A program made the position numbers and the translations under genes. The notes under the pieces were generated by a model. It was not told the DNA's origin. It saw only the letters and a program-made list of their open reading frames with translations, and did no database searches. From contig JAEUOR010000040.1 in assembly GCA_016790635.1 (NCBI GenBank), positions 7,464 to 71,463 of the forward strand: DNA of 64,000 nucleotides, given 5' to 3'. Of this stretch, positions 18,641 to 28,124 are shown one piece after another (the first letter of the stretch is position 1; each line of letters opens with the position of its first letter). The stretch is from Burkholderiales bacterium. GTDB lineage: Bacteria; Pseudomonadota; Gammaproteobacteria; Burkholderiales; JAEUOS01.

Positions 18641-19537
18641 TCAGGCCCGCGTGCAGGATGCGGCGAGCGCGCGAATCCGTGCTTCGTCGATCCGATCGCG
18701 CAGCCCGATGCATACCAGGCGACCGGCGTCAGTCGCGGGCGTGGGAGTCCACTCGACCTCCCCGGCCACCAGATGCAATGCGCTGACGACACCGGCGCCA
18801 TCCTCCAGAATGCCCTTGGCGCGCAGGATGCCGAGCGCCGGATCACGCAAGGCCGAAGCCAGAAGCGCAAGATCACAGGCGCCGAGGTCCGCGATCGACA
18901 CCGCCGTGTAAGCCGGGTGCGGTTTGCCGGCCGACCACGAGGGCTCGCGGGGGGGCGGCATGGAACCGGCCAGCAATTCCAGCGCGACCCGCCCGCGCTC
19001 GCACTCGAGCACCGGCGCGTAGTCCTCCAGCCAGGCGTGCACCCGGGCGCGCGCGGCGGCGTCGATCAGGTCGGTCTTGGTCGCAAGGATCAGCCCCGCC
19101 TCGCGCAGCTGGCGCTTGATCGTGTCGCCCAGGTAGGGGTCGGCGGCCTGCTGCAGCACCGTGCGCGCGTCGGCCAACACGACGATGCCGTCGTTGGCGT
19201 AGTCGGCGATCAGGGAGACCGTGGCCGCGATGGCGCGCGGCAGCGCGACGCCGCTCGCCTCGAGCAAGAGGCGCGCCGGCCACGGGCGGCGCTCGGCCAG
19301 TCGGCGCAGCGCCTCGACCAGGTCGCTGCCGAAGCTGCAGCACACGCAACCGCCGGCCAACGCCAGGGTGTCGCCATCGCGATTCTCGATCAAGTCTTCA
19401 TCGATAGGCAGTTCGCCAAAATCGTTGACCAGCACCGCGAGTCGACGTCCGGCGGCCTGGCGCAGCAACTGGTTGACCAGCGTCGTCTTGCCGGCGCCCA
19501 GATAGCCGCCGATCACCGTCACGGGGATGCTGCTCAC
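18641..19537 (-). CDS. COG0523 (CobW/G3E family) GTPase, putative metallochaperone
   Basis: GTG at 19537 overlaps the amidohydrolase stop (GTGA). P-loop GGYLGAGKTTLVNQLL and CxCC motif GGCVCCSFG. The long N-terminal extension in the track is out of frame with the amidohydrolase gene and was rejected. Confidence 0.85.
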   Translation of the reverse strand: MSSIPVTVIGGYLGAGKTTLVNQLLRQAAGRRLAVLVNDFGELPIDEDLIENRDGDTLALAGGCVCCSFGSDLVEALRRLAERRPWPARLLLEASGVALPRAIAATVSLIADYANDGIVVLADARTVLQQAADPYLGDTIKRQLREAGLILATKTDLIDAAARARVHAWLEDYAPVLECERGRVALELLAGSMPPPREPSWSAGKPHPAYTAVSIADLGACDLALLASALRDPALGILRAKGILEDGAGVVSALHLVAGEVEWTPTPATDAGRLVCIGLRDRIDEARIRALAASCTRA

Positions 19538-21171
19538 TGCCCTTCGGCGGGAAAGACGCGCCCGCCCTGCACCGTGCCCCAGATGCGCACGTCCTTCAGG
19601 CGCGCCGCGCCGACTTCGGCGGGATCGTCTTCCAGGACCGCGAAATCGGCGCGCTTGCCGCACTCGATCGAGCCGACCTCGCCGTCCAGTCGCAGCGTGT
19701 AGGCCGCGCCCAGCGTGATGGTGCGCAGCGCGTCGCTCACCGGGATGCGCTCGTGCTCGCCCAGGATGCGGCCCGACGCGGTCTGCCGGTTGACCGCGCA
19801 CCACGCGGTGAAGAGGGGGCCGAGCGGTGTCACCGGCGCGTCCGAGTGGATGGCCAGCGGCACACCGGCGGCAAGCGCCGTGGCGCAGGCGTTCATGCGC
19901 TCGGCTCGTTCCGGGCCGACCGTGAGCGCGTGGTGCTGGTCGCCCCAGTAGAAATGATGGTTGGGAAAGAGGTTCACGCACATGCCGAGCGCCTTCATGC
20001 GCCGGAACTGCGCCGCATCGGCAAGCTGGCAATGCTGCAGCGTGAAGCGATGGTCGGGCCAGGGGTGCGCGCGCAGCGCCTCCTCGATGCAGTCGAGCAC
20101 CAGCTCGGTGGCCTCGTCGCCGTTGGTGTGGGTGTGGATCTGCACGCCGTGGGCCAAAGCCAGGCGGTAGGCTTCGCGCAGCTGCTCGTGCGGGATGTAC
20201 CAGAGGCCGTTGGGCGCCCCGTTGTAGTAGCCGGGATGGCGCATGCGCGCCGAAAAGCCCTGGATGGAACCGTCGGCCACCAGCTTGACCAGCCCTAATC
20301 GCAAACGATCAGTACTCATGGCGCGCAGCGCAGCAGCGCGGTCGATGAGCGCCCTGCCCGTCAGCTGTTGCAGGCGCAGGAGCGACACCACGCGCACCGG
20401 ATAGGTCGCCTCGCCGGTAACGCGCAGCATCATGTCCACCGCGTTGTCGGGCAGCAGGTTGGCAAGATCGGTGACGGTGGTGACGCCCTTGCGCACGCAC
20501 AGCCTGCCGAATTGGCGCAGCCCCAGTTCGTCGGCCGCCAGCACGCTGCGGTCGAAGCCGACGTGCCCTGCGGCCATGGCCATCGCGTCCGGGCCCTTGA
20601 GCTCGCCGGTCGGCAACCCATCCCGGCCCAAGGGAACACCGGGATGGTCGATGCCCGCCCGCAAAAGCCCGGCCAGTTCGAGCGCCCGGGTGTTGACGTT
20701 GAGGATATGGGCGCTCGCATGCAACACGCCCACCGGCCGCAGCGTCGAGACGCGGTCCAGGTCGGCGCGCACCACCCTCTGGTTGTTGAAGTAGATCGGG
20801 TCGAGCGCCCATCCCGAAAGCGGCGCACGGGCATCGGCGACCGCGGCCGCCGCGGCTTGCAGCCCGGCCACCACCGCATCGATGGACTGCGCTCCGGGCC
20901 ACATGCGGCCATCGGGGTCCATGCGCTCGAAGTAGCCGCAGTAGACATAGCGCCAGAAGCTGCCTTCCATGGCATGGCTGTGTCCCTCGACCAGCCCGGG
21001 CATGAGCACCTTTTCGGCAAAGCGGTCGTCGAGATCATGCGTGCCCCAGCCGGACAGCTCCTCCAGGCCGCCGGCGCCCAGGATGCGACCGTCCCTGACG
21101 GCGACATGCGTTGCCACCGGGCGCGCCGGGTTCATCGTCAGGATGCGACGGGCGCGATAAATCGTGATCAT
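19534..21171 (-). CDS. Amidohydrolase 3 family metal-dependent hydrolase
   Basis: 545 aa. N-terminus MITIYRARRILTMNP...VAVRDGRILGAG, metal-ligand-like GLVEGHSHAMEG and later HTHTNGDEA. Confidence 0.85.
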   Translation of the reverse strand: MITIYRARRILTMNPARPVATHVAVRDGRILGAGGLEELSGWGTHDLDDRFAEKVLMPGLVEGHSHAMEGSFWRYVYCGYFERMDPDGRMWPGAQSIDAVVAGLQAAAAAVADARAPLSGWALDPIYFNNQRVVRADLDRVSTLRPVGVLHASAHILNVNTRALELAGLLRAGIDHPGVPLGRDGLPTGELKGPDAMAMAAGHVGFDRSVLAADELGLRQFGRLCVRKGVTTVTDLANLLPDNAVDMMLRVTGEATYPVRVVSLLRLQQLTGRALIDRAAALRAMSTDRLRLGLVKLVADGSIQGFSARMRHPGYYNGAPNGLWYIPHEQLREAYRLALAHGVQIHTHTNGDEATELVLDCIEEALRAHPWPDHRFTLQHCQLADAAQFRRMKALGMCVNLFPNHHFYWGDQHHALTVGPERAERMNACATALAAGVPLAIHSDAPVTPLGPLFTAWCAVNRQTASGRILGEHERIPVSDALRTITLGAAYTLRLDGEVGSIECGKRADFAVLEDDPAEVGAARLKDVRIWGTVQGGRVFPAEGQ

Positions 21172-21260
21172 GGGGTCAGGACTTCGTGGTTCGAGGCGGC
21201 CAGTATCGCCTGTCTTGTGCGCAGGCCGCCGCCTTGGGAAGGGCGCGCCGGAACAAACGC

Positions 21261-22229
21261 CTAGTCGACCTTGAGCTTGAGCGTGCGCACCAGTTCCCCC
21301 AGGCGGTCGTACTCCCCTGCCACCAGGCGCGCGAACTCAGCCGGCCCGGCGGACATGACGTTGAGCCCGATCCCCTGCATGCGTTCGATCAAGGCCGGCT
21401 GGCGCAGGAGTTCCTCGACGTCGCGATGCACCCGGTCGACGACCGCGCGCGGCGTACCGGCCGGCGCCAGGAGGCCCATCCAGGGACGCACCGCCTCGAA
21501 GCCCGGCAACAGTTCGTCGATGGTCGGCACGTCCGGCAGCTGCGCCAGGCGTCGCGGCCCGGTCACCGCCACCGCGCGCACCTTGCCGGCACGCAGGTGC
21601 GGCAGCATGGGGGTCAGCGCGTCCTGCTGCAGGTGGATGCGCCCGCCGATCAGGTCGGTGGTCACGGCGGCGACGCCCTTGTACGGCACGTGGGTCGCGA
21701 CCAGGCCGGTGCGTGCCTTGAGGGCCTCCATGTTCAAGTGCGGCACCGTGCCGCTGCCCGCCGAACCGTAGTAGAGCCCGCCGGGAGTGGTCTTGCTCAA
21801 CTGCACCAGGTCGGCCAGGCTGCCCCACTTGAGACCGACGTTGGCCACGAGCAGGCCGTCCGGGACGGCGACGCCGACAATCGGCACGAAATCCTTCTTC
21901 GGGTCGTAGCCGACGTTGGGATAGACGTGCGGATTGATGCCGAACGCGGCCATGGCCGAGAACAGCAGCGTGTAGCCGTCGGTCGGCGCCTTCGAGACCG
22001 CCTGCGCGCCCAGGCTGCCGCCCTGGCCGGGACGGTTCTCGACCACCATGGCATGTCCCCACTTCGCCGTCAGCCCGTCGGCGACCAGGCGCGCGGTCAC
22101 GTCGGCGACGTTGCCGGCCGCATACGACACCACCAGGCGCACCGGGCGTTCGGGATAGGCCGCCTGCCCGAGTGCGGCCGGGGCCGCGCAGGCTACAGCG
22201 AAGAGGGCGACGTATGCTCGCAGAATCAT
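21261..22229 (-). CDS. Bug family (TctC-like) substrate-binding protein
   Basis: Signal peptide followed by YPERPVRLVVSYAAGNVAD. C-terminal PAEFARLVAGEYDRLGELV. Confidence 0.9.
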   Translation of the reverse strand: MILRAYVALFAVACAAPAALGQAAYPERPVRLVVSYAAGNVADVTARLVADGLTAKWGHAMVVENRPGQGGSLGAQAVSKAPTDGYTLLFSAMAAFGINPHVYPNVGYDPKKDFVPIVGVAVPDGLLVANVGLKWGSLADLVQLSKTTPGGLYYGSAGSGTVPHLNMEALKARTGLVATHVPYKGVAAVTTDLIGGRIHLQQDALTPMLPHLRAGKVRAVAVTGPRRLAQLPDVPTIDELLPGFEAVRPWMGLLAPAGTPRAVVDRVHRDVEELLRQPALIERMQGIGLNVMSAGPAEFARLVAGEYDRLGELVRTLKLKVD

Positions 22230-22353
22230 GCTGGCATCTCCTTACGGGTACGGCGCAATTGGCCGCATGAAGGGGGAAGCGCCCTTCCGGCGTTCAAGCA
22301 TAGCCGAACCGTGTGGCCACGTTCCCGCTCGCGGGTACGCAGGCAAGCGACGA

Positions 22354-24555
22354 TCACGGGCGCATGCGGCGCACGCCCGTCCGGCGCCGCGCCAGCCAGA
22401 CCGGCGCATACCAGTTGCGCTTGCCCAGGAGCGTCATGCTCGCCGGCACCAAGAGCAGGCGCACCAGCGTGGCGTCGAGCAGCAGCGCCACCGCGAGCCC
22501 GAAGCCCATCTGCTGGAACATCACCAGCTGGCCCGCAGCCAGTCCGGCAAACACCGCCACCATGATGAGCGCCGCGCCGCCGACCACGCGCGCGGTGGAG
22601 CGCAACGCCTCGACCACCGCGGCCGTGTTGTCGCCGCTCATGTCGAAGTGCTCGCGCATGCGGCTCAAGAGGAAGACGTGGTAGTCCATCGACAGGCCGT
22701 AGAGCAGCGTGAAAAGAAAGAGCGGGATCCAGGCCTCGATCACCACGCCGGACTGGAACCCCAGCCACTGCGCGCCGATGCCCTGCTGGAACACCAGCAC
22801 CAGCGCGCCGTACGCGGCGCCGACCGAGAGCAGGTTGAGCACGATCGCCTTGAGCGGCACGACCAGCGAGCGAAAGGCGAGAGCCAGCAGCACGAAGCTC
22901 GACGCCAGCACCGCGGCCATGACCCACGGCGCATGGCTGGCGATGAGCGCAAAGAAATCGACGTAGCGCGCCGCCAGGCCGCCGACCTGCACCTCGAGGC
23001 CATGCGCCGCGGCGTCGGCAAAGGCCTGCGGAATCCATTGCGCGCGCAGGCGCTCGATGCCGGCCAAGACCTTGGGGTCCTCGGGCACACCCGGCATCGG
23101 CAGCCACAACAGGTGCACGCGCGCATCCGGGCCCGACCGAAGCTCGATGCGCTCGGCCACGAAGGCCGCATCGGCCGCCACGAGGCGCTTGAGGCGATCG
23201 ACGGACTGCGCCAGCGCCGCCTGCGCGGCCGCGCCGCCCGCCGCGGAATGCACCACCACCTGCGCCTCGGCCAGAGCACCGACGCGAAACGACTGCTGCA
23301 TGCGCTCGAACGCCTGCCGCGCCGGCACATCCGGAGGCAGCGTCTCGAGACCGGCAAAGCCGATCTTGAGCGAAAGCGCCGGCGTGGCCAGCGCGATGAG
23401 GAGCCCGGTGGACACGATCGCGCAGATCCAGGGTCGCCGCACCGCGAGCGGCAGGGCCCGCTGTACCGGCGCGCCCTGCCCCGCCCCGGTGCGCCCCGCA
23501 GGCCGCTGCCAACCTGCGACTTCGACGTGGCGCCCCAGCAGCATGAGCAGGGCCGGCAGCAGGGTCAGCGCGGCCAGCACCGCGGTTGCCACTGCGACGA
23601 TGGCACCCAGCGCCAGCCCGCGGAACACGTTGGTCGGCACCAGCAGCAGCCCCAGCAGCGCCAGCGCCACGGTGGCGCCGGACCACACGACCGCGCGCCC
23701 GGCGCTGCGCGCGCTGCGGAGCGCGGCGGCCGTGCCGCGGCGACCGCGCGCGCGCTCCTCGCGCCAGCGCGCCAGCATGAAAAGCGCGACGTCGTTGCCG
23801 ACCGCCATGCACATCATGACCACCATGTTGGTGACCAGGAAGTACACCGGCACCAGTTGGCCTGCCAGCACCACCGCCCCCAGCGCGATGGCCATCGCCA
23901 CGGCCGCCACCACCAGCGGCAGCAGCGCCGCGACCGGCGCGCCGAACACCGCCAGCAGCACCAGCGCCGCGGCCGGCAGGCCGATCAAGAGCTCGGCGCG
24001 CAGGTCTTCGTCGGCCAGGCGGCGATAGTCCAGCCCCACGCTGGCCTGGCCGATCAGCGTCGCGCTCACATCAGTGCCGGCGCTGGCACGCGCCAGCGCT
24101 GCGCGCAGCGCGGCGGCGTGGCGCGGCGCATCCTCGACCACCATAGGCACCAAGGCGGCATGACGGTCGGCTGACACCAGGGACTCATCGTCGTCGGTGA
24201 ACCAGCTGCGCGCACCGCGCACCACCCCCGGCACGTCGGCCTGAAGTTGCCGGGCGATCATCTGCGCCGTCACGGCATAGACCGGATCGTCGACCTTGAG
24301 CGTGGCCGAATGCAGCACGACCACCTCGTTGGGCCGGGCCGCGGCCGTTGCATGCAGCGGAAAGTGGGTGCGCAAGAGGGCCGCGGCGCGCACCGAGCCG
24401 GAGCCGTCCTGCCGCTCGACCTCGGTGGTGAAGGCGCCGGGCCCCAGGCGCCAGAGCAGGGCCGCGCCCAGGAGTGCGGCAGTAAGCCAGACGCCCAGCA
24501 CCCGGCCCGGATGGCGCACGGCCATCCGCACCAGTGGAGCGATGGTTTGTCGCAT
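22354..24555 (-). CDS. MMPL family (RND superfamily) transporter
   Basis: 733 aa with two blocks of about six TM helices separated by soluble loops. MMPL-like conserved stretches (NMVVMMCMAVGNDVALFML, LLYGLSMDYHVFLLSRMRE). Confidence 0.85.
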   Translation of the reverse strand: MRQTIAPLVRMAVRHPGRVLGVWLTAALLGAALLWRLGPGAFTTEVERQDGSGSVRAAALLRTHFPLHATAAARPNEVVVLHSATLKVDDPVYAVTAQMIARQLQADVPGVVRGARSWFTDDDESLVSADRHAALVPMVVEDAPRHAAALRAALARASAGTDVSATLIGQASVGLDYRRLADEDLRAELLIGLPAAALVLLAVFGAPVAALLPLVVAAVAMAIALGAVVLAGQLVPVYFLVTNMVVMMCMAVGNDVALFMLARWREERARGRRGTAAALRSARSAGRAVVWSGATVALALLGLLLVPTNVFRGLALGAIVAVATAVLAALTLLPALLMLLGRHVEVAGWQRPAGRTGAGQGAPVQRALPLAVRRPWICAIVSTGLLIALATPALSLKIGFAGLETLPPDVPARQAFERMQQSFRVGALAEAQVVVHSAAGGAAAQAALAQSVDRLKRLVAADAAFVAERIELRSGPDARVHLLWLPMPGVPEDPKVLAGIERLRAQWIPQAFADAAAHGLEVQVGGLAARYVDFFALIASHAPWVMAAVLASSFVLLALAFRSLVVPLKAIVLNLLSVGAAYGALVLVFQQGIGAQWLGFQSGVVIEAWIPLFLFTLLYGLSMDYHVFLLSRMREHFDMSGDNTAAVVEALRSTARVVGGAALIMVAVFAGLAAGQLVMFQQMGFGLAVALLLDATLVRLLLVPASMTLLGKRNWYAPVWLARRRTGVRRMRP

Positions 24556-24659
24556 GCGATGCCCCGGGGTTGCCCTGAAACTCGGCCCGGCGCGGGAATC
24601 CGCGCCGAGCCGCCGCCGGCTAGCGCCGGCCGCCCGAGACTACCACCGGGGCGTCGCCG

Positions 24660-26039
24660 CTAATCGAGGAAGCCGTACACGCGCGGCAGATACAGGACCA
24701 CCTCGGGGAAGATCATGCACAGCACCAGCGCCACCAGTTGCACCGCGACGAATGGCGTGATGCCCTTGTAGATGTCCATCATCGTCACCGACGGCGGCAC
24801 CGTGCCCTTCATGTAGAAGAGCGCAAAGCCGAACGGCGGCGTCAGGAAGGCGGTCTGCATGTTGACCGCGAGCAGGATCGCGAACCAGGTGAGGATGATC
24901 TGCTTGCCCTGGATGAAGGTGCCGAAGTCGAGCTTGCCGATGATGGGCGCGAAGATCGGGATCACGATCAGGCAGATCTCGATCCAGTCAAAGAAAAAGC
25001 CCATGATGAACACCAGGATCATCACGAAGCTCATCACCTCCCAGCCGGTGTTGATGCCCATCGCCTGCAGCAGTTCGGCGACGACATCGTCGCCGCCGAG
25101 CGCGCGGAACACGTAGGAGAAGAGCGTCGCGCCGAAGACGATGAAGAACACCATCGCGTTGGTCAGCGCGGAGGAGGTCATGACCTCGCGCAGCACCTTC
25201 ATCGAGAAGCGCTTGTTGGCGATCGCCAGGATGATCGCGCCGAGCCCGCCGATGCCGGAGGCCTCGGTCGGTGTCGCCCAGCCGGCGAAGATGGAACCCA
25301 GCACCAGCACGATCAGGAACGAGGGCGGGATGAAGCCCTTGAGCACCATGCCGATGGTCAGGCGTTCGTCGTCCGGCCCCAGCTTGCCCGTGACGGCCGG
25401 CGCCAGGCCCGGCTTGAGGATGCAGATCACGATGATGAAGACGACGTACAGCGCGCTCATCAGGAGGCCCGGCAGGATGGCGCCGGTGAAGAGCGTGCCG
25501 ACCGGGATGCCCATCAGGTCGCCCATGATGACCAGCATGATCGAGGGCGGGATCAGGATGCCCAGCGTGCCGGCCGAGGCGATGGTGCCGACCGAGAGCG
25601 ACTTGTCGTAGCCCTTGTTCAGCATCACCGGCAGCGCGATCAGGGTCAGCATGATCACCGAGGCGCCGACGATGCCGGTGGTGGCCGCCATGATCGTGCC
25701 CAGCAGCGTCACCGCGATCGCCAGGCCGCCGGGCACCCGGCGCAGCATCAGTTGCAGGATGTGCAGCAGCGTCTCGGCGACGCCGCTTTTCTCCAGCATG
25801 GTGCCCATGAAGACAAACATCGGGATCGCCACCAGCACCGGGTTCTGCACCGCCTGTCCATAGACGCGCGGCAGCAGGTTGGCGAACTGGTTCATGTTGA
25901 AGACGTCGAATGCGACCCCGAGGAAGCCGAAGCCGATGCCGACCGCGCCCAGGAGGAACGCCACCGGGTAGCCCAGGAACATGATCGCGACCAGGGCAAA
26001 GAACATGATCACCGCGAGGTGGTCGATGAGCCAGTCCAT
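24660..26039 (-). CDS. dctM: TRAP transporter large permease subunit
   Basis: ATG at 26039 overlaps the dctQ stop by 1 nt (TGATG). 459-aa polytopic membrane protein MDWLIDHLAVIMFFALVAIMFLGYPVAF. The track ORF's N-terminal extension was rejected. Confidence 0.9.
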   Translation of the reverse strand: MDWLIDHLAVIMFFALVAIMFLGYPVAFLLGAVGIGFGFLGVAFDVFNMNQFANLLPRVYGQAVQNPVLVAIPMFVFMGTMLEKSGVAETLLHILQLMLRRVPGGLAIAVTLLGTIMAATTGIVGASVIMLTLIALPVMLNKGYDKSLSVGTIASAGTLGILIPPSIMLVIMGDLMGIPVGTLFTGAILPGLLMSALYVVFIIVICILKPGLAPAVTGKLGPDDERLTIGMVLKGFIPPSFLIVLVLGSIFAGWATPTEASGIGGLGAIILAIANKRFSMKVLREVMTSSALTNAMVFFIVFGATLFSYVFRALGGDDVVAELLQAMGINTGWEVMSFVMILVFIMGFFFDWIEICLIVIPIFAPIIGKLDFGTFIQGKQIILTWFAILLAVNMQTAFLTPPFGFALFYMKGTVPPSVTMMDIYKGITPFVAVQLVALVLCMIFPEVVLYLPRVYGFLD

Positions 26040-26608
26040 CAGTGGTTCCCCTTTCCGGCAAACGGGGTCGGCGCCAGGCGCGCCTGCTCGGGTGTGCCGA
26101 AGAGCGCGACGATGCAGCGCGCGGCCACCGCCACGACCCCCAAAAGCACGGTGATGAAGGCCAGGTACAGGAAGCCCTTGACGATCCAGCGGTAGGCCAG
26201 GCCGGTGGGCGCCTCCGAAGACTCGCCCTGCATGTAGGAGGTGACAAAGAAGTCGTGCGCATACGGCAGCGCGACCGCCAGGTACGGCAGTGCGAACGCG
26301 ATACAGCAGAACAGCTCCAGCCAGATCTTGTTGCGCGGCTTCATGCCGCCGGTGAAGACGTCGATGCGCACGTGGCCGTTGAGGATGTAGGCATAGCCCA
26401 GCCAGGTGCAGAACAGCACCGCGTGCAGGTGCCACTCGAGTTCCTGCAGGCGGGTCGAGCCCAGTCCGGGGATCTGGAAACCCATCTTGCGGGTGATGAC
26501 GTCCAAGGTGATGGCGATGATGCAGGCGATGAACGCCCACGCGCCGGCATCGGCAATGCGTTTCAGCAACGCCTCGATCAGATTGGAAAGACGCAACAGG
26601 CCCTGCAT
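26039..26608 (-). CDS. dctQ: TRAP transporter small permease subunit
   Basis: ATG at 26608 preceded by AGGAGA. 189 aa with four TM helices. Sits directly upstream of dctM. Confidence 0.85.
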   Translation of the reverse strand: MQGLLRLSNLIEALLKRIADAGAWAFIACIIAITLDVITRKMGFQIPGLGSTRLQELEWHLHAVLFCTWLGYAYILNGHVRIDVFTGGMKPRNKIWLELFCCIAFALPYLAVALPYAHDFFVTSYMQGESSEAPTGLAYRWIVKGFLYLAFITVLLGVVAVAARCIVALFGTPEQARLAPTPFAGKGNH

Positions 26609-26634
26609 GGGTTCTCCTGCAATTGACTGGCTGT

Positions 26635-26674
26635 CAAACAAAGAAGCCGCCGCCCCTTCTCAGGGGTCGGCGGC
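26635..26674 (-). terminator. Intrinsic terminator/attenuator between dctP and dctQ
   Basis: The minus strand reads GCCGCCGACCCC-TGAGAA-GGGGCGGCGGC followed by TTCTTTGTTTG. This is a GC stem with one bulge plus a U-rich tail, about 55 nt after the dctP stop and about 25 nt before the dctQ start. Confidence 0.6.
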
Positions 26675-26729
26675 GGTGGGAGAGACGGCCCGCGCAACAG
26701 ACGTAGCGCCGCACGCGGGCCTGGGCACC

Positions 26730-27797
26730 TTAGCGCAGGTAGCCCATGTCCTTCCAGATTGCGTATTCCTTGCGGAACGCGGAATACGAGTCCCAGGCCT
26801 TCTTGAACTCGGGGCTCTTGGCCTGCTGTTCGGCAGCGACTTCGTTCCAGGCCTTCTCGAACGCGTCGAGGAAGTTCTTGGGCCACTTCTTGATCTGCAC
26901 GCCCTTGGACTGGATTTCCTTCATCGCCTGAAACTGCGTCGCTTCACCCTCGGCGAACTGCTGCAACATGGTGGCGTCACAAGCTGCCTGGATGATCGCC
27001 TTCTGGGTGCCACTGAATTCGGCCCACTTCTTCTTGGAGATGATCAGTTCATTGATCGTCGCCTGCTGGTGCCAGCCGGGAAAGTAGTAGAACTTGGCGA
27101 CCTGGTGAAAGCCCAGGGTCAGGTCCATGACCGGCATAGAGAACTCGGTGGCGTCGATGGTGCCCAGTTGCAGCGCCTGGAAGATCTCGCCGGCCTGCAG
27201 GAGCTGGGTCGAGACGCCGAGCTTCTGCATGACGTTGGCACCGAGGCCGAAGAAACGCATCTTCAGGCCCTTCAGGTCGTCGAGGGTCCTGATCTCCTTG
27301 CGGAACCAGCCCGAGGCCTCCGGCGAGATGACGCCGCAAGGAATCACCTCGACGTTGTACTTGGCGTGCAGTTCCTTCATGAGCTTCTCGCCGCCGCCGT
27401 GCTTGATCCAGGCGAGATACTCGCCGACGTCAGGGCCGAACGGCACCGATCCGTACATGGCGAAGGCGATATCCTTGCCGGTCCAGAAGCCGGACACGGT
27501 CCAGGCCATGTCGAGCGAACCGTTGCCGACCGCGTCCAGGTATTGGTTCGCGGGCACCAGCGCGCCGGGCTCGAAGCCCTTGACGTCGATACTGCCCGCG
27601 GAGAGCGTGCGCAGCATCTCGACCAGGCGCGTCTGGGTCGGTCCGAGCAAACCGGTATTGCTGGGGAACGCCCAGCCCATCTGCACGCGTACCCGCTTGT
27701 CCGGCCCGGAAGCCCCCTTCTTGTCCTGCGCGATGGCAGGGGCGGATGCCATGCCGATGGCCACGCAAGCGGCGGCCAGTGCCTTCAAAACCTTCAT
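26730..27797 (-). CDS. dctP: TRAP transporter substrate-binding protein (DctP superfamily, FcbT1-like type)
   Basis: ATG at 27797 preceded by GAGGAGAA. Signal peptide MKVLKALAAACVAIGMASAPAIAQ. Co-oriented with dctQM. Confidence 0.85.
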   Translation of the reverse strand: MKVLKALAAACVAIGMASAPAIAQDKKGASGPDKRVRVQMGWAFPSNTGLLGPTQTRLVEMLRTLSAGSIDVKGFEPGALVPANQYLDAVGNGSLDMAWTVSGFWTGKDIAFAMYGSVPFGPDVGEYLAWIKHGGGEKLMKELHAKYNVEVIPCGVISPEASGWFRKEIRTLDDLKGLKMRFFGLGANVMQKLGVSTQLLQAGEIFQALQLGTIDATEFSMPVMDLTLGFHQVAKFYYFPGWHQQATINELIISKKKWAEFSGTQKAIIQAACDATMLQQFAEGEATQFQAMKEIQSKGVQIKKWPKNFLDAFEKAWNEVAAEQQAKSPEFKKAWDSYSAFRKEYAIWKDMGYLR

Positions 27798-28124
27798 GAT
27801 TTCTCCTCGATTTGGTGAGACTTCGCGGACGGCCGCGAACCCCGGAACACCCGCCGATTTCGGGCAGGCCGCAAACTAACATGCGAGAGCAACGCGCGCA
27901 ATAACATGATCGGGTATTTGTTGGTTGCGGCGCAGCATGCGCTATGCCGGCGTCATCGGACCCTATGCACACGGTGCGGCGACGAGGCAGATTCGATGAA
28001 TAACTCGCACTGATTCGGGGCGCGCTGCGGCGCTTGCGGCTTATGCGCGCGATGACTCCACGCAGCCAGAACAGTGAAATGGCGGTGCTAGACTCGAGCG
28101 CCGTAGCGGCATCTGATCAGGGCG

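Noticed and set aside
18641-20032. Long N-terminal extensions of track ORFs 18641..20032, 24660..26540 and 56173..58116
   Set aside because: In each case the extension runs through the preceding, well-supported gene in another frame. A start codon overlapping that gene's stop (GTGA, TGATG, GTGA) yields a protein beginning at the family-typical N-terminus.
22228-26195. Long plus-strand ORFs 22228..24174 (648 aa) and 24738..26195 (485 aa), rich in His/Arg/Asp/Gln
   Set aside because: They are antisense to the MMPL and DctM membrane-protein genes. The odd charged composition is what the complement of hydrophobic GC-rich codons produces.
27798-28124. 327-bp divergent intergenic region searched for a missing regulator, small ORF or structured RNA
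   Set aside because: I could recognise no convincing ORF with an RBS, no extended conserved-looking stem-loops and no known riboswitch motif. It is most simply two divergent promoters.
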